Source: an uncultured Thermoanaerobaculia bacterium
Lineage (GTDB): Bacteria > Acidobacteriota > Thermoanaerobaculia > Thermoanaerobaculales > Sulfomarinibacteraceae
Direction of reading: 5' to 3'
Length of the DNA: 61,174 bases
Assembly (NCBI GenBank): GCA_964512045.1
Contig: CAZEJK010000001.1
Location: forward strand, 54,398 to 115,571
The translations under genes and the position numbers were made by a program. This document shows positions 11,594 to 20,949 of the stretch, piece after piece; the first letter of the stretch is position 1, and each line of letters begins with the position of its first letter. The notes beneath the pieces were generated by a model. That model was not told the DNA's origin and did no database searches. It saw only the letters and a list, made by a program, of their open reading frames with translations.

Positions 11594-12703
11594 GTGAACG
11601 GTTCCTTTGACACGCTGCTGGGGCTGGCCTCGACCGACCTGTTGGAGCTCATCGATGAAGGCGTCATCATCATGGATGCACGCCGTCGGCTGCGCCACGT
11701 CAACCGGCGGGCGAGGCAGCTTCTCGGCTTCTCCGAGGATGAACCGATCGAGGGCCGGTGTCGGCATACGACGCGCGGTGTGGACTGCGAGACAGCCTGT
11801 CCTCTGTCGTATGCGTTGAGCACGGGGCAACGCTCGGTTCAGGGGTTCCGGACGGCCTACCGGCGCAAGGATCAGTCGCTGGTGTCGCTGTCCGTGTCGG
11901 TGGTCGTCGTGTACGACACCGACGGCGGCTTTGCGGGCGCCGTGGAGATCCTCAAGCCAGCGGAGCCGGACCCCGGTGCGACGTGCGCTGGCCCGAGCGC
12001 AACAGCGCAACGGCTTCGGCAACAGCTGACAGAGCTCGCTCGGCACGAAACGGTTGTCACGGTTGTCGGCGAGAGCATGACGTGCGTGGATGTGGCGCGG
12101 GCTCTGCACCGGATGGCCGAGCTGCGCTCGGAGCTCTTTCGCGTGTGGTGCCCGGCGAACCAGACGTCCGCGATCTCGACCTTTCCGCCTGGAACCCTGT
12201 ACGTCGAGCGTGAGGCGGACCCGACCGTCCGCGATCCGCAGCAGTGGCCGGGTTGGCGGATCGTGTACGGCGCGCGCACCCCCGGGGAGGTGGTCGATGG
12301 GAGCACCGTGTTCCAGGTGCCGTCGGTCGAGGAAAGAGTGGTCGACCTGCCGTTCATCGTGAGCGCCATGGCGAAGCAGCAGAGCCCGAACGAGACGCTC
12401 TCCGGCCAGGATCTGGATCGTCTGGTCCGGGTCGCGTTGAGCGAAGGGTACGATGCCGTGTACCGGCAGCTGGCGTTCGCGATGGCGACGCGCGCGGATG
12501 GCGAAAAGACGGCCGAGGCGGGAAACCAGCTCGAGAGCTTGTTGACGGCCGACGATCCGCTCGCTGCAGTCGAGGAGTGTGTGCTCCGCGAGGTGCTCAC
12601 CCGGTGTGGCTGGAAGGTCCAGGAGGCGGCGGATCAGCTCGGAGTCTCGCGGGTGACGTTGTGGCGCAAGCTGAAGGAGCACAGCATCGAGCGGCCTGGA
12701 TGA
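11594..12703 (+). CDS. PAS-domain transcriptional regulator with a degenerate sigma54-activator AAA+ core and a Fis-type HTH
   Basis: GTG start. A Cys-containing PAS domain (GVIIMDARRRLRHVNRRARQLLGF...GRCRHTTRGVDCETACPL). VVGESMTCVDVARALH replaces the Walker A GESGTGKE. The GAFTGA segment is absent. C-terminal HTH EAADQLGVSRVTLWRKLKEH. Confidence 0.8.
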   Translation: MNGSFDTLLGLASTDLLELIDEGVIIMDARRRLRHVNRRARQLLGFSEDEPIEGRCRHTTRGVDCETACPLSYALSTGQRSVQGFRTAYRRKDQSLVSLSVSVVVVYDTDGGFAGAVEILKPAEPDPGATCAGPSATAQRLRQQLTELARHETVVTVVGESMTCVDVARALHRMAELRSELFRVWCPANQTSAISTFPPGTLYVEREADPTVRDPQQWPGWRIVYGARTPGEVVDGSTVFQVPSVEERVVDLPFIVSAMAKQQSPNETLSGQDLDRLVRVALSEGYDAVYRQLAFAMATRADGEKTAEAGNQLESLLTADDPLAAVEECVLREVLTRCGWKVQEAADQLGVSRVTLWRKLKEHSIERPG

Positions 12704-12783
12704 TGGTTCTGGGGGCGGAGGGCCGGAGCTGCCCGGACCCCTCGAAACCGCTCTCGAGTACCGGTACACTGCGCTCGGGAGGT

Positions 12784-14544
12784 GTGGTTGTGCGACGAGC
12801 TCTTCTGCTTTCCATCGCCGCTGTCGTGGCGACATCCGGGGCCACGTTGGCACTCGCGGCGAAGCCGACCCCGACCCCGACTCCAGCGCCGATCGGAGGC
12901 CTGAGCTTCCGGGACGAGGTGGAGGTGACGGTCGTCAATATCGATGCCTACGTTCGCGACCGGGATGGGAGCCCGGTGGAGGGGCTGACCGCCGATGACT
13001 TCCGGATCCTGCAGGACGGCGAGGAACGACCGTTGAGCAACTTCGGAGTGTTCACGAAGGAGGTGTTTCGGACCCGGGTCGAGCCAGCTCGACCGGGGCT
13101 GCTGGTCCCCACTCCGACACCGCGCGCCACAGCGGAAGAGACGCCTGCGGATGACTCAGACGAGCTGCAGATCAAGCCGATCTACATGGTGCTGTACGTC
13201 GACAACGAGAACATCCGGCCGTTCGACCGAAACCGTGTGCTCCGGCATGTGCGGGAGTTTGTCGAGGAGAACCTGATTCCGCCGGTCGAGATGATGGTGG
13301 TCTCCTATCAGAAGTCGTTCAGGATCGTGCAGCCGTTCACAGCGGACAGGAAGGCCGTCCTCGACGCCGTACGGTCGCTGCGGACCTTCACCGGCGGCCG
13401 TACCGAGAGGGACTCGACGCGGCGTCAGATCATGGAGGACATGCGCCGTGAGCGTGAGAACCAGCGCTCGCAGGGTTACGGGCGCGAGACCGGCTCCGAG
13501 CGGGCGTACCGGCAGATCCGCGCGTACGCCGAGGAGGAGGCAAACCAGCTTTCGTTCTCGCTTTCGGCGATCCGTCAGGTGGTGACGTTGATGGCCGGCC
13601 TTCCGGGGCGGAAGGCGCTGGTGTACATCTCCAACGGCCTGCCGATGGTCCCGGGGCTCGACCTGTTCTACGCTTACGCCGACACCTTTCAGGACACGTC
13701 GATCATGACGCTGACGGCACGCTTCGAGCGGAGTCGTCAGTTCGAGGCACTGGCCGCGGCGGCCAACGCCCAGGCCGTTCGGATCTACGCGATCGATGCG
13801 GGCGGGCTGGAGGTTTCCGCTGGCGTGTCTGCAGAAAGCCAGTACGCAATGGATCCGCTGACCTCGTCGGTCGGAAGCAACAACTACCAGGACTCGCTTC
13901 GGTTCATGGCGCGCAACACCGGTGGCCTGGCGGTGATCAACACCAACGATATCGCGGGCGGATTGGAACGGATCGAGGACGACCTCTTCAACTACTACTC
14001 GCTCGGTTACACCATTGGCGCCAGCGGTGTCGACAAGGTCCATCGGATCGAGGTGGAGGTCCCTGGAACCGACTATCAGGTTCGGCACCGTCGCCGGTTC
14101 GTGGAGAAGTCGCTGGCGTCCCGCGTGCAGGACAAGGTGACCACGGGCATGATGACCGACCTCGACGAGAACCCGATCGGTGTTCGCGTCGAGCGAGGGA
14201 CCCCTGCGCCGGCGACGGCCGAGCGCTGGACCGTGCCGCTACATATCTCGTTTCCGATTGCCAACGTGGCGCTCATTCCGGAGGGTGAGGACTACGTTGG
14301 CCGTGTGCTGCTGTTCGTGGCGGCCCGCGATACCGAGGGACGGCAGTCTGATATCCAGCGTCAGGAGCATGAGGTGCGGATCCCTGCGGCGGACTACGAG
14401 GTCGCTCAGGAGCAGCGCTTCGGTATCGACGTCAGCCTGCTGATGGAGCCTGGCAGCTACCGCGTCGCGGTGGGTCTGATGGATCAGATCACGCGGCAGG
14501 CTGCGTACCAGACGGAACGGTTCGCGCTGACCGAGCCTCGGTAG
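12784..14544 (+). CDS. VWFA-related secreted protein (TIGR03436-like, Acidobacteria-type)
   Basis: Signal peptide VVVRRALLLSIAAVVATSGATLALA. It is followed by FRDEVEVTVVNIDAYVRDRDGSPVEGLTADDFRILQDGEERPLSNF, the typical N-terminal block of this family, and then a vWA-like core (IYMVLYVDNENI...). The start is GTG 12784 or 12790; the ORF-track start at 12244 is an extension. Confidence 0.8.
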   Translation: MVVRRALLLSIAAVVATSGATLALAAKPTPTPTPAPIGGLSFRDEVEVTVVNIDAYVRDRDGSPVEGLTADDFRILQDGEERPLSNFGVFTKEVFRTRVEPARPGLLVPTPTPRATAEETPADDSDELQIKPIYMVLYVDNENIRPFDRNRVLRHVREFVEENLIPPVEMMVVSYQKSFRIVQPFTADRKAVLDAVRSLRTFTGGRTERDSTRRQIMEDMRRERENQRSQGYGRETGSERAYRQIRAYAEEEANQLSFSLSAIRQVVTLMAGLPGRKALVYISNGLPMVPGLDLFYAYADTFQDTSIMTLTARFERSRQFEALAAAANAQAVRIYAIDAGGLEVSAGVSAESQYAMDPLTSSVGSNNYQDSLRFMARNTGGLAVINTNDIAGGLERIEDDLFNYYSLGYTIGASGVDKVHRIEVEVPGTDYQVRHRRRFVEKSLASRVQDKVTTGMMTDLDENPIGVRVERGTPAPATAERWTVPLHISFPIANVALIPEGEDYVGRVLLFVAARDTEGRQSDIQRQEHEVRIPAADYEVAQEQRFGIDVSLLMEPGSYRVAVGLMDQITRQAAYQTERFALTEPR

Positions 14545-14560
14545 GAGGCGCGCGGCGGCG

Positions 14561-16288
14561 CTACACGTGCGCGGCCATGACCTTCCACGCCACGAGACGG
14601 TCGTTCATGGCGCGCAGGCGGCCGCACAGGATCCTGCACAGCAGCGTCAGAAACTGACCCGCTGCGTCAGGATCCATGGAGAGCACCTCCTCGAGCAGCG
14701 AGCGGTCGACGGAGAAGACCGTCGTGCCGTCACGGTGCGCGCGGGCATCGGCAGACCGCGGCATGTCGTCGATCAGGGCCATCTCACCGAAAACCTCGCC
14801 GCGTCCCAGGATCGCGAGGCTCTCCTCACCCATGCCTGGCACGACGCGAGAGATGCGGACCTGACCATCGACGACGATGTACAGTGCGTCACCTCGCTCG
14901 CCCTCGCTGAAGATCACCGCCTCCGGCGCAAACTGCTCCTCCTTGGAGTAGGTCGCGAGCAGGCGGAGCTCGTGTGCCGACAGGCCTTGCTCCACCAGCA
15001 AACCATGCTTGATCTCCTCGGAGACCTCCACCGGGGTGCCGGTGTCGTGCCCCGACTCCGCCGTGTGCCAGCTATGGTCCGTGAGGTTGAGGACTGCTTC
15101 CATCTGCGAGTTGGCGGCGCGGACCTTCTCCACCAGGCTCTCCCAGAAGCTCCACATGAACGCCACAGCGAGCTCGCGGTCGTCGCGGCACGCCTGGTCG
15201 AGATCGTTGGCCTGCATCCGGTAGACGGCGCCCTCGTCGGCGCCGAAGGCGGTGGCAGACCGTCCGCCGCCATCCAGATACGCGACCTCGCCGAACAGGC
15301 TGCCGTACCCCACCTCGTCGAGAATCTGGGTGCCCGCAGGCGTCTTGCGCGTGATGTGGACGGTTCCGTCCCGGATGACGTAGACGTCGCGGTCGTCGTG
15401 GCCCTCCCGGAACACGGCGGTGGCGTGCTCGAACGGCACGCGTTCGATCAGCCGGGCCACCTGAATGAGCTGCTCGTCCGTGAAGTGCCGGAACACCCGC
15501 ATGGAGCGGAGCGTCGTTGCCAGACGGAGGAGATCGCCCTTCGGGGGCTCCGCGGTGGAGATCGTGGCGGCCACCCGACGTCGGCGCATCTTCGACATCG
15601 AGAAGATCCGAGCGAGGGAGAGGGCAACATTCTCGGAGGCCTTCTGCAGCGTCTCGGCACGCTGCTGAATCAGCTGCTCGAGCTCCTCGGGGCCGATGGA
15701 GCACAGCCGGGCAAGGGTGTCCACGCGACGGCGATCCTGATCGAACTCGTTGCAGGACTGCCACTGCGAGAGGAACATTGCGTCGATGGCGTGCTCGAGT
15801 GCGACCCAGTAGTTCTCGGCCTTGAGGCCAGCACGTGATGCCTCGATGGCAAGGCGCAGGTCCAGCGGGTTGAGCCGGCGAGCCTGTGAGAACTCGGCGA
15901 GCGCTCGCGCCGAGTCGTTATGGCGCAGATGGAGAAAGCCGCTCGCGGCGTACGCGAGGTAGTGGAACGGGGCCCTGAGCTTGGCGAGGTCGAACATCTC
16001 TGCCGCGCGGTCGATCTCGCCCCGGCTTTCCAGGATGTGCCCCATGCCAATGGCGTGGGAGGCCTCCAGGTTGCGCCGCTTGTGCTCGCGATCGCCCCGC
16101 GTCGTGCTGTGCGCCTCGGCCCGGAGGGCCTTGGCCCGCCTGTGCAGTGGCGCCGGGTCGCGACTGATCTCGGCCGCCAGCTCGAGCACATCCGCTCCCT
16201 CCGAAGGACGCCTCAGGTCCGACAGGCGCTCCGCGAGAGCCGTAAGGCGCTCGATGACGGATTGGCGGGAAAGAGGTGCATGCTCCAT
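14561..16288 (-). CDS. TPR-like N-terminal domain + two cyclic-nucleotide-binding (CAP_ED) domains, with no output domain
   Basis: Start at MEHAPLSRQ (ATG 16288). Both phosphate-binding cassettes are intact: FGEVAYLDGGGRSATA and FGEMALIDDMPRSADA. The upstream 429 codons of the 1004-aa track ORF are R/G/H-rich nonsense. Confidence 0.8.
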   Translation of the reverse strand: MEHAPLSRQSVIERLTALAERLSDLRRPSEGADVLELAAEISRDPAPLHRRAKALRAEAHSTTRGDREHKRRNLEASHAIGMGHILESRGEIDRAAEMFDLAKLRAPFHYLAYAASGFLHLRHNDSARALAEFSQARRLNPLDLRLAIEASRAGLKAENYWVALEHAIDAMFLSQWQSCNEFDQDRRRVDTLARLCSIGPEELEQLIQQRAETLQKASENVALSLARIFSMSKMRRRRVAATISTAEPPKGDLLRLATTLRSMRVFRHFTDEQLIQVARLIERVPFEHATAVFREGHDDRDVYVIRDGTVHITRKTPAGTQILDEVGYGSLFGEVAYLDGGGRSATAFGADEGAVYRMQANDLDQACRDDRELAVAFMWSFWESLVEKVRAANSQMEAVLNLTDHSWHTAESGHDTGTPVEVSEEIKHGLLVEQGLSAHELRLLATYSKEEQFAPEAVIFSEGERGDALYIVVDGQVRISRVVPGMGEESLAILGRGEVFGEMALIDDMPRSADARAHRDGTTVFSVDRSLLEEVLSMDPDAAGQFLTLLCRILCGRLRAMNDRLVAWKVMAAHV

Positions 16289-16305
16289 CGGTCTATGGAT
16301 CTTCC

Positions 16306-16335
16306 ATGGTAGGCGGAAACGGGTCGCGCGGTCAA
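16306..16335 (-). promoter_or_regulatory. Candidate sigma70 promoter TTGACC-18 nt-TACCAT for the cNMP/TPR gene
   Basis: Read on the minus strand: TTGACC at 16335-16330 and TACCAT at 16311-16306. The ATG at 16288 lies about 11 nt after the predicted transcription start. Confidence 0.35.
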
Positions 16336-16546
16336 CGTACCTGCGCAGCGACAACCGCTTACGTGCGCTGCCTCGGCGGGTATCGTCGTCGCCGGGAGCC
16401 GGGCTCCGGCTGTCCGAGCCTGGACCGGGGCCTTTCTGGAGTGTGCCCGCTCCTGCGAGCGAACGGTGGTTGTTCGGCACCCAGCTGCCCGCTCCACGCC
16501 GGCGTAAGAAGACTCGGTCGAAGGTGATGTGTAGAATGAGCGGGTT

Positions 16547-18340
16547 ATGACGAGGGCTCGGTTTCGCACCGTTGTACTCCTGATCGCGGCCGCGGCGAGC
16601 ACGATGCTCGCCTCGCTCGCCTCGTCGGATGTCGACTTCATCCCGCTCGAGGAGGTCGAGCGCGGCATGCGTGGTGAGTGTGTGACGGAGATGGACGGCG
16701 GCGAGACTGTGACGGTTCCCGTTGAGGTCCTGGGCATGCTCGAAGGAGTGGGTCCGGAGGCAGAGATGATCCTGGTTCGGCTCGACGGTCCGCCGTTTGA
16801 CGACACCGGGATCATCGCCGGGATGAGCGGCTCTCCGGTGTATGTGGACGGCCGCCTCCTGGGCGCCCTGGCGTTCGGCTGGCCGTTCGCCAAGGAGCCG
16901 ATCGGAGGCGTGACGCCGTTTGCGCGGATGCAGACGCTGGCGGATGCCGCCGAGCCGGCCAGCTCCGGGGATCGCGGAGGTCGGCCGGAGCTGGCAGAGC
17001 TCGTGGCGAGCTGGTCTGACTCGGAGGCCGCCTCTGAACAGCTGCTGCGTTGGCTCGTCCCGATCCGCGCCGGCCGTGCTGGGTTGCCATTGGCCGTGAT
17101 GGGGGCGATGCCCCCTCGGGGATGGCTCGCCGAAGCCTGGCAGCGACTCGGATGGAGTGTGCCGCGATCGGGCGGGCTGGCGGCCGGCTTCGGCGCTCGC
17201 GAGGGCAGCGTCGCCGGTCCGCTCCGGGCCGGGTCGATGGTGGCCACGATCATGGTCGACGGCGATGCGATCCTCGCGGCGGGCGGAACGGTGACAGAGG
17301 TCGATGGCGATCAGGTGTGGGCGTTCGGACACCCGAACCTCGGGCTGGGCACGACGGCGATGCCGTTGGCACGAGCCGAGGTTCTGACGGTGCTGCCAAG
17401 CGTGGCCTCGTCGTTCAAGTTCTTCACCGTCGGCGAGCGCATCGGCACCTTGCGCCAGGATCGCGAGCGGGGAGCGTGGGGGGTGTTGGGGTCGGCACCT
17501 GATCTGGTGCCGGTGGACGTCCACGTGGACGATCGGACGTACAGCTATGGCGTGATGCCGGATCCCCTGTTGCAACCGCTGCTCATGGCCTACGTGACCG
17601 ATGCGAGCTATCGGGCGAGGGGTCGCCAGCTTGGCGAGCAGACGGTCAGCTGTGCAGTGGAGCTGACCCTCGACGATGGCTCGGTCGTTCGCTTGCAGGA
17701 GACGTTCGCATCGGGCGATGCATCGGCGCTGGCGGCATCGCTGGTCAGCGCGGCGAGTGCGTACGTGCTCGGCTCACCCTACCGGGATACGGCGATCACC
17801 GGAGCGACCGTCCGGCTGGAGGGCCGCGAGAGGCTCGATCGGGCGCGGATCGAGCAGGTGCAGCCGATGGCAGTGCGGGTCCGGCGCGGGGAGCCATTGG
17901 AGCTCGTGGTACGGGTCCGGCCGCACCGCGCGGCTGTGGAGACCGTCAGGATGCAGATCGATGTGCCGGACTGGCTGCCGCCGGGGCGCCTCGACGTGGT
18001 CGTGGCCGACGGCGCGGCGTGGACCGTCTACGATATGCGCATGCGGCCAACGCCCACGCGGTCGTTCGCCGACGAGCTGCAGGCGCTGGGCCGGGTGCGA
18101 CCGTCAACGGACCTCGTGGTGGCGCTCGAGCGCCCGGAGCTGGGTCTGACCATGCCGGGAGGTACTGTCAGCGTTCCGCCGAGCATCGCGGTGGGTCTGT
18201 CCGCCGGCGGGCTGGCGACGTCGCAGACCCAGTACACGGTGGTCGGACAGGAAGCGACGTCGCTGCCGTGGTCGTTGAGCGGCGCGTTCCGGATCCGACT
18301 GACAGTGGATGATGGACTGCTGACCGAGGAGGGCCCGTGA
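16547..18340 (+). CDS. SpoIVB/S55-like serine peptidase domain protein (secreted)
   Basis: Signal peptide, then FIPLEEVERGMRGECVTEMDGGETVTVPVEVLGMLEGVGPEAEMILVRLDGPPFDDTGIIAGMSGSPVYVDGRLLGALAFGWPF. A later GTVTEVDGDQVWAFGHP block is also S55-like. Confidence 0.7.
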   Translation: MTRARFRTVVLLIAAAASTMLASLASSDVDFIPLEEVERGMRGECVTEMDGGETVTVPVEVLGMLEGVGPEAEMILVRLDGPPFDDTGIIAGMSGSPVYVDGRLLGALAFGWPFAKEPIGGVTPFARMQTLADAAEPASSGDRGGRPELAELVASWSDSEAASEQLLRWLVPIRAGRAGLPLAVMGAMPPRGWLAEAWQRLGWSVPRSGGLAAGFGAREGSVAGPLRAGSMVATIMVDGDAILAAGGTVTEVDGDQVWAFGHPNLGLGTTAMPLARAEVLTVLPSVASSFKFFTVGERIGTLRQDRERGAWGVLGSAPDLVPVDVHVDDRTYSYGVMPDPLLQPLLMAYVTDASYRARGRQLGEQTVSCAVELTLDDGSVVRLQETFASGDASALAASLVSAASAYVLGSPYRDTAITGATVRLEGRERLDRARIEQVQPMAVRVRRGEPLELVVRVRPHRAAVETVRMQIDVPDWLPPGRLDVVVADGAAWTVYDMRMRPTPTRSFADELQALGRVRPSTDLVVALERPELGLTMPGGTVSVPPSIAVGLSAGGLATSQTQYTVVGQEATSLPWSLSGAFRIRLTVDDGLLTEEGP

Positions 18341-20412
18341 CCTATCGTAGCGCGATCCTGCTGCCGATCGCCTTCGCCGTCTCGTCGCTCATGGCTGCGG
18401 CCACGGAGACTCAGTACTGGGTGGTGGACACCGCCGCGGAGCTGCTCGCCGGAGAGGGGAACGGAGTGGCCGTGACATCGGACGGTCAGCTGGTTCCGGA
18501 CAGGGGCTGGGAGCAGGCGGCGGTGCTGTCGGAGGCGGTCCTCATCGCCGGGGATGTGGCGCGTGACGGGACAGTCTACGTTGCAACGGGGTTCCCCGCG
18601 AAGCTGTACAGACTGGGGAACGGGGGCGCCGCCGAGGAGCTGATCGAGCTGGAGTGTGAGCAGATCACCTCTGTTCTCGCCACAGATGATGTGGTGCTCA
18701 TCGGCACGGCGGCTCCGGCGACCGTCCAGCGGTGGGACGGCACGACGTTGCAGGAGCTGGCTCGCCTGGCGCCCGACGAGGCCGGCGGGGTGTGGGATCT
18801 CGAGCTGTTCAACGACGAGGTTGTGGTTGCGGTGGGCTCACCGGCGGTGCTGTACCGGTTGCGTGATGAGGGTCTCCAGCGGTGGATGGAGCTTCCCGAT
18901 AGCCACGCACGCTGCCTCGCCGCGGTCGACGACGATCTGTTCGTTGGCACATCCGGCAAGGGAATGGTGTTTCGGGTGAGCGTATCCGGCGCCAGGTCGC
19001 TCCTCGTGGAGAGCCCGTTCACCGAGATCTCGGCGATTGCGGGAGGCGAGAACGGTGAGCTGTGGGCGACCGCAGTGGTCGGCGAGCCAGAGGAGAAGAA
19101 CGGATCGGACAGCGAGAGCGCCACTGCGTCCTTGTCCGATCTCAGCTTGCCGAAGGTTGGAAAGACGACGGCGTCCTCGGAGCTGTTGCGGATCACTCCG
19201 GAGGGCGCGACGATCTCCGTCCACCGTTTCCCGAAGCAGGTGGCGATGACGGTGGAGCGCGCAGAGGATGGTGTCCTCGTCGGCACGGGTTTCTCTGGAG
19301 AGGTGTGGCGCTTCGTGCCCGAGGGCGGTGCGCGGCTGGCGGTGCTCGATGCCGTTCAGATCACGCGGATCATGGACGCGGGTCGGGTGCTGCTTGCACA
19401 GGGCCCGTCACAGGTCTTCGTGCGCGCCGAGGCGTCCTCTGGTGGTGGCGTCTACCGAAGCGCGGTCAAGGAGCTGAAGCGGCCGGCACGATGGGGACGC
19501 TACGAGCTCATGCCGGAGGCCGACGGGCGCATCCGCTTCCGGCACGGGGCGACCGAGTCGCCGGACCAGACCTGGAGTGAGTGGAGTGCGTGGCAGCCTG
19601 CCGGGAGCGGTCAGGTGCCCCTGGGGCCGGCGCCGAACCTGCAGTGGGAGCTGGAGCTGAGCGGCCGACCGAGTGTCTCCCAGGTGGATCGGATCCAGCT
19701 CGCCTACCGCGAGGTCAATCTGGCGCCCGTGATCCAGTCGGTCGAGGTTGACGAGCCCGGGGTGGTGTACCTTTCCGGGCCTCCACCCTCTGAGCAGATC
19801 GTGGAGGTTTCCAACCCGGATATCAACGGGATCTTCACGGTGCTCGGAGACGGCGACAGCTCCTCGCAGAGGAAAGGGAAGAAGTACTGGCGGGTCGGCT
19901 TCCGGACCGTTGCCTGGGAGGTGGAGGATGCCAACAACGACGCCCTTCGCTTCGACCTGCATCTTCAACGGCGAGGCGGTGGACCCGAGCTGAAGGTGCG
20001 CTCGTCCCTCGAGCAGACGCAGCTCGGAGTCGACATGTCTGCGGTTCCGGACGGTTGGTACCGGTTCATGCTCACGGTGACCGACGGCCCGACCAACCCC
20101 ACCGATCCGTCGGTCGTGCGTGCGGCGAGCCCGTGGTTTCTTGTGGATGGCTCGGCGCCGCGCGTCGAGCTGGCGCCCGCCGACGACGGACGTGCCTGGC
20201 GTGTGCGCGCCAGCGATGCGTTGAGCCCGATTGCGCGGGCGCAGTGGTCCCGAGACGGCGACAGCTGGCGTGATCTGGAGCCTCTGGACGGACTCCTGGA
20301 CGAGCCGGAGGAGGAGTTCATGCTGCAAAGAGCGGCCGGCGGCCACCTGCTGGTGGTGCGCATCATCGACCGCCACCACAACCGTGCCACCGCGGGCACG
20401 GTGGAGGAGTGA
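18337..20412 (+). CDS. Secreted hypothetical protein (propeller-like N-half, Ig-like C-half)
   Basis: GTG overlaps the upstream stop (GTGA). Signal peptide MTYRSAILLPIAFAVSSLMAAA. Recurrent short blades (DGTVYVATGFPAKLYRL, VVVAVGSPAVLYRL, LFVGTSGKGMVFRV, VLVGTGFSGEVWRF). I recognise no named family. Confidence 0.65.
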   Translation: MTYRSAILLPIAFAVSSLMAAATETQYWVVDTAAELLAGEGNGVAVTSDGQLVPDRGWEQAAVLSEAVLIAGDVARDGTVYVATGFPAKLYRLGNGGAAEELIELECEQITSVLATDDVVLIGTAAPATVQRWDGTTLQELARLAPDEAGGVWDLELFNDEVVVAVGSPAVLYRLRDEGLQRWMELPDSHARCLAAVDDDLFVGTSGKGMVFRVSVSGARSLLVESPFTEISAIAGGENGELWATAVVGEPEEKNGSDSESATASLSDLSLPKVGKTTASSELLRITPEGATISVHRFPKQVAMTVERAEDGVLVGTGFSGEVWRFVPEGGARLAVLDAVQITRIMDAGRVLLAQGPSQVFVRAEASSGGGVYRSAVKELKRPARWGRYELMPEADGRIRFRHGATESPDQTWSEWSAWQPAGSGQVPLGPAPNLQWELELSGRPSVSQVDRIQLAYREVNLAPVIQSVEVDEPGVVYLSGPPPSEQIVEVSNPDINGIFTVLGDGDSSSQRKGKKYWRVGFRTVAWEVEDANNDALRFDLHLQRRGGGPELKVRSSLEQTQLGVDMSAVPDGWYRFMLTVTDGPTNPTDPSVVRAASPWFLVDGSAPRVELAPADDGRAWRVRASDALSPIARAQWSRDGDSWRDLEPLDGLLDEPEEEFMLQRAAGGHLLVVRIIDRHHNRATAGTVEE

Positions 20413-20415
20413 GCG

Positions 20416-20928
20416 ATGCGCGACGACCGTCCCGTAGCCGTGTACCCCGGCTCGTTCGATCCGATCCATTTCGGACACATGGACATCATCGAGCGCGCAA
20501 CCCAGATCTTCCCGAAGGTGATCGTGGCGATCCTCGAGAACGCCGGCAAGGATGCCCTGTTCACAACCGAAGAGCGGGTGGAGATGGTGTCCCGGTTGTT
20601 TGCGGACACGCCGTCAGTGGAGGTCCGGCACTTCCGTGGCCTGCTCGTGAAGTTCCTCGCGGATCTCGGATCGAGGGTCGTGGTTCGCGGTATGCGAGCG
20701 GTGTCGGACTTCGAGTACGAGTTCCAGATGGCGTTGATGAACCGGCGCCTGTCCCCGCACACCGAGACGGTGTTCCTCACTCCGAAGGAGGAGTACACCT
20801 ATCTGTCGTCGCGTCTCGTCAAGGAGGTGGCGGCGCTCGGTGGCGACGTCGACGGGCTGGTTCCCGAGCTGATCCGTGAGCGGTTGCAGGCTCGGTTTAC
20901 CGCGCCACCTGATCCGCCGGGCCGCTGA
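20416..20928 (+). CDS. coaD: Phosphopantetheine adenylyltransferase
   Basis: VYPGSFDPIHFGHMDIIERA and RGMRAVSDFEYEFQMALMNR are CoaD signatures. 170 aa. Confidence 0.95.
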   Translation: MRDDRPVAVYPGSFDPIHFGHMDIIERATQIFPKVIVAILENAGKDALFTTEERVEMVSRLFADTPSVEVRHFRGLLVKFLADLGSRVVVRGMRAVSDFEYEFQMALMNRRLSPHTETVFLTPKEEYTYLSSRLVKEVAALGGDVDGLVPELIRERLQARFTAPPDPPGR

Positions 20929-20949
20929 CCGGTCCGGCTGGGGGGTGTC

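Noticed and set aside
16289-17575. N-terminal 429 codons of the 1004-aa track ORF 14561-17575 (minus).
   Set aside because: This part is low-complexity R/G/H/P text that overlaps the well-supported S55 peptidase gene on the other strand. The credible protein starts at MEHAPLS (16288).
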